Assembly (NCBI GenBank): GCA_003979035.1
Contig: RXOA01000140.1
Coordinates: 1 to 46,619 of the forward strand
Direction: 5' to 3'
Length of the DNA: 46,619 nt
DNA from: Candidatus Bipolaricaulota bacterium
GTDB lineage: Bacteria; Bipolaricaulota; Bipolaricaulia; UBA7950; UBA9294
Shown: positions 44,889-46,619 of the stretch, one piece after another
Position numbering within the stretch: position 1 is the stretch's first letter
Layout of the letters: each line of letters opens with the position of its first letter
The notes under the pieces: generated by a model
The model's database searches: none
What the model saw: only the letters and a program-made list of their open reading frames with translations
What the model was told of the DNA's origin: nothing
Translations under genes and position numbers: made by a program

Positions 44889-46562
44889 ATGTATCCAACG
44901 CTAAACGAGATGTTCGAAACGTCTGTCAAGCGTTTTGCAGACAATGTGGCGCTGCGGATGCTGATCCCGACGGAGCGGAAGAAGGGCAAAGGGGTTCAGC
45001 TCGTTCTCAACGAGATTAGTTACAGCCGTTTGGGGGAAACCGTGGGGCGGCTGGGAGCGGCGCTCCAGGCTCTCGGCGTCAGAAAAGGAGACCGGGTTGC
45101 CCTGATCTCGAAGCCGCGCGCAGCGTTCGCGATGGCCCTGTTTGCGGTTCTCCGGTGCGGAGCGGCCGTGCTGCCGTTGGATCCGGATCTGCAGCGCGGG
45201 GAATTGAAGCGAATTCTTGAAGAGGCCGGTGTGAGCGCGGCCATCTTCTCCGGCAGCAAGGCGGAGGATCTGGCTGCCATCCGAAGTGAATCCCTTCCGG
45301 ACATGTCGTTGATCTGCATGGATCGCAGCACCCTCGAGGGGATCGAGTTCATGGATGCCGTGGTCCTCGGTCACCGCCCGACCGCTTCCATTCCCGTCAC
45401 GCAGGATGATCTGGCAATTCTGATGTACACATCGGGCACAACCGGAAACGCCAAGGGGGCGATGCTGACCCACAGGAATATTGCCTCCAATACCCTCGCG
45501 GCGATCAAGGTCGTCGACCTCTCCGAGAAGGATGACTTTCTGTCCATCGTTCCCTGGTATCACATCTACGGATTGACGATCACGGTGATGTGTCCGATCG
45601 CCGTCGGCGCAACCACCACCTATACCCCGGTCGACCGCAACCTGATGCAAGTCATGCACCGCGCCCATCCCACCGTAATCCTCGGCGTGCCCAAGCTCTA
45701 CAACGTCCTCTACGAAAGGGTTCACTCGAGCATCGAGAAGAGTGCTCTCAAGCGCTTGATCACCAGAATGTCGCCGGCGCTGATGGGAAAGCTGGTCGTG
45801 CACAAGCTGTTCGGCAACCAGTTCCGGTTCTTCACATCCGGAGGGGCGCCATTGAATCCGGAAGCCGCCGCGGGATTTCGCCGTTTGGGCATCGGGATCC
45901 TCGAAGGCTACGGCCTCACGGAGACCTCTCCGCTGCTGACCGCCTCTGAGCTATTCGCTTCGGAGCCGGGGATGATCGCACTTGACGATGTCGAGATCAA
46001 GATCCTTGACCCCGGCGAGGATGGCGTGGGAGAAGTGCTCGCACGAGGTCCGAACATCATGGCCGGCTATTACAAGAACCCTCAGGCAACCGCGGAGGTC
46101 ATCGATGACGAACTGTGGTTCCATACCGGCGATCTTGGAGTTATCTCCAACGGCCATCTTGTGCTATCGGGCCGAGCGAAGAACGTGATCGTTCTCGATA
46201 CCGGCAAGAACGTCTATCCGGAGGAGCTGGAGTGGGAGTTCAATAGCATCCCCGCCATCGAAGAGATCATGGTGTACGAGGACGAACGGCAAGGTGTTCC
46301 TGTGGTCTCCGCGTTGGTTTATCCCAGTGAGTCGGCTCTCAAGGAGCTGGGCATCACCAACAAAGACGATGCCCTTGACCACATCTGGGAGGAAATCAAG
46401 AAGGCCAACGAGAACCTGGCGATGTTCAAGCGGATTCGCTACAAGGAGTGCGTGCGACTCGTCGATGAGCCATTTGAGAAGAGCGTGAAGCTCGACATCA
46501 AGCGGTTCAAGGTCAAGCTTTCCGCTTCCGGCGAATCCCAACCGGCCGATCAGCCCCTCTAA
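44889..46562 (+). CDS. AMP-dependent acyl-CoA ligase (long-chain fatty-acid--CoA ligase-like)
   Basis: Start at ATG 44889 after GGAGGA. AMP-binding motif YTSGTTGNAKGAML, GYGLTETS, FHTGDLG, and the K near the C-terminus (KLDIKRFK). Confidence 0.85.
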   Translation: MYPTLNEMFETSVKRFADNVALRMLIPTERKKGKGVQLVLNEISYSRLGETVGRLGAALQALGVRKGDRVALISKPRAAFAMALFAVLRCGAAVLPLDPDLQRGELKRILEEAGVSAAIFSGSKAEDLAAIRSESLPDMSLICMDRSTLEGIEFMDAVVLGHRPTASIPVTQDDLAILMYTSGTTGNAKGAMLTHRNIASNTLAAIKVVDLSEKDDFLSIVPWYHIYGLTITVMCPIAVGATTTYTPVDRNLMQVMHRAHPTVILGVPKLYNVLYERVHSSIEKSALKRLITRMSPALMGKLVVHKLFGNQFRFFTSGGAPLNPEAAAGFRRLGIGILEGYGLTETSPLLTASELFASEPGMIALDDVEIKILDPGEDGVGEVLARGPNIMAGYYKNPQATAEVIDDELWFHTGDLGVISNGHLVLSGRAKNVIVLDTGKNVYPEELEWEFNSIPAIEEIMVYEDERQGVPVVSALVYPSESALKELGITNKDDALDHIWEEIKKANENLAMFKRIRYKECVRLVDEPFEKSVKLDIKRFKVKLSASGESQPADQPL

Positions 46563-46619
46563 CCGGATCGGATCCTGAATCCCTGGATGCCGTGCGGCGT
46601 GTCCCATCGACGCTGCACG

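Overview
High-GC (about 58-62% by spot counts) bacterial chromosomal window, densely coding, no rRNA and no CRISPR. All function calls rest on motif recognition in the supplied translations; no database search was possible. Most of the window is housekeeping. This includes asnS, an ADP-forming acyl-CoA synthetase operon with an HD-GYP protein, two HU genes and rpsF-ssb-rpsR. It also includes a split LKR/SDH saccharopine pair, tRNA-Val/Cys, and frr fused to an F-type ATP synthase operon (I-like, a, c, b, delta, alpha, gamma, beta). Further along are uvrC, an M42 peptidase, an aminotransferase, PAP2, rnpA-greA, xseAB, trxB and an acyl-CoA ligase. The accessory part is a low-GC segment (spot counts about 42-50%) at roughly 30.05-34.93 kb. 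It abuts a decayed tRNA copy and an intact tRNA-Ala. It carries an ApeA-like HEPN protein with an added C-terminal HTH, a truncated tyrosine-integrase remnant, and a translationally coupled gene pair. That pair is a MoaA-like radical SAM enzyme plus a membrane-anchored protein whose soluble part looks like a degenerate TyrRS/TrpRS catalytic domain. I do not recognise the pair as any named system, and it is my best candidate for something undescribed. Other points worth a second look: a 1070-aa SHMT-GcvT fusion coupled to an unknown 384-aa protein; two tandem 49-aa tail-anchored paralogs with mosaic nucleotide identity; an ATP synthase c subunit with a two-carboxylate Na+-type site; and an atp operon with a methyltransferase where atpC normally sits.
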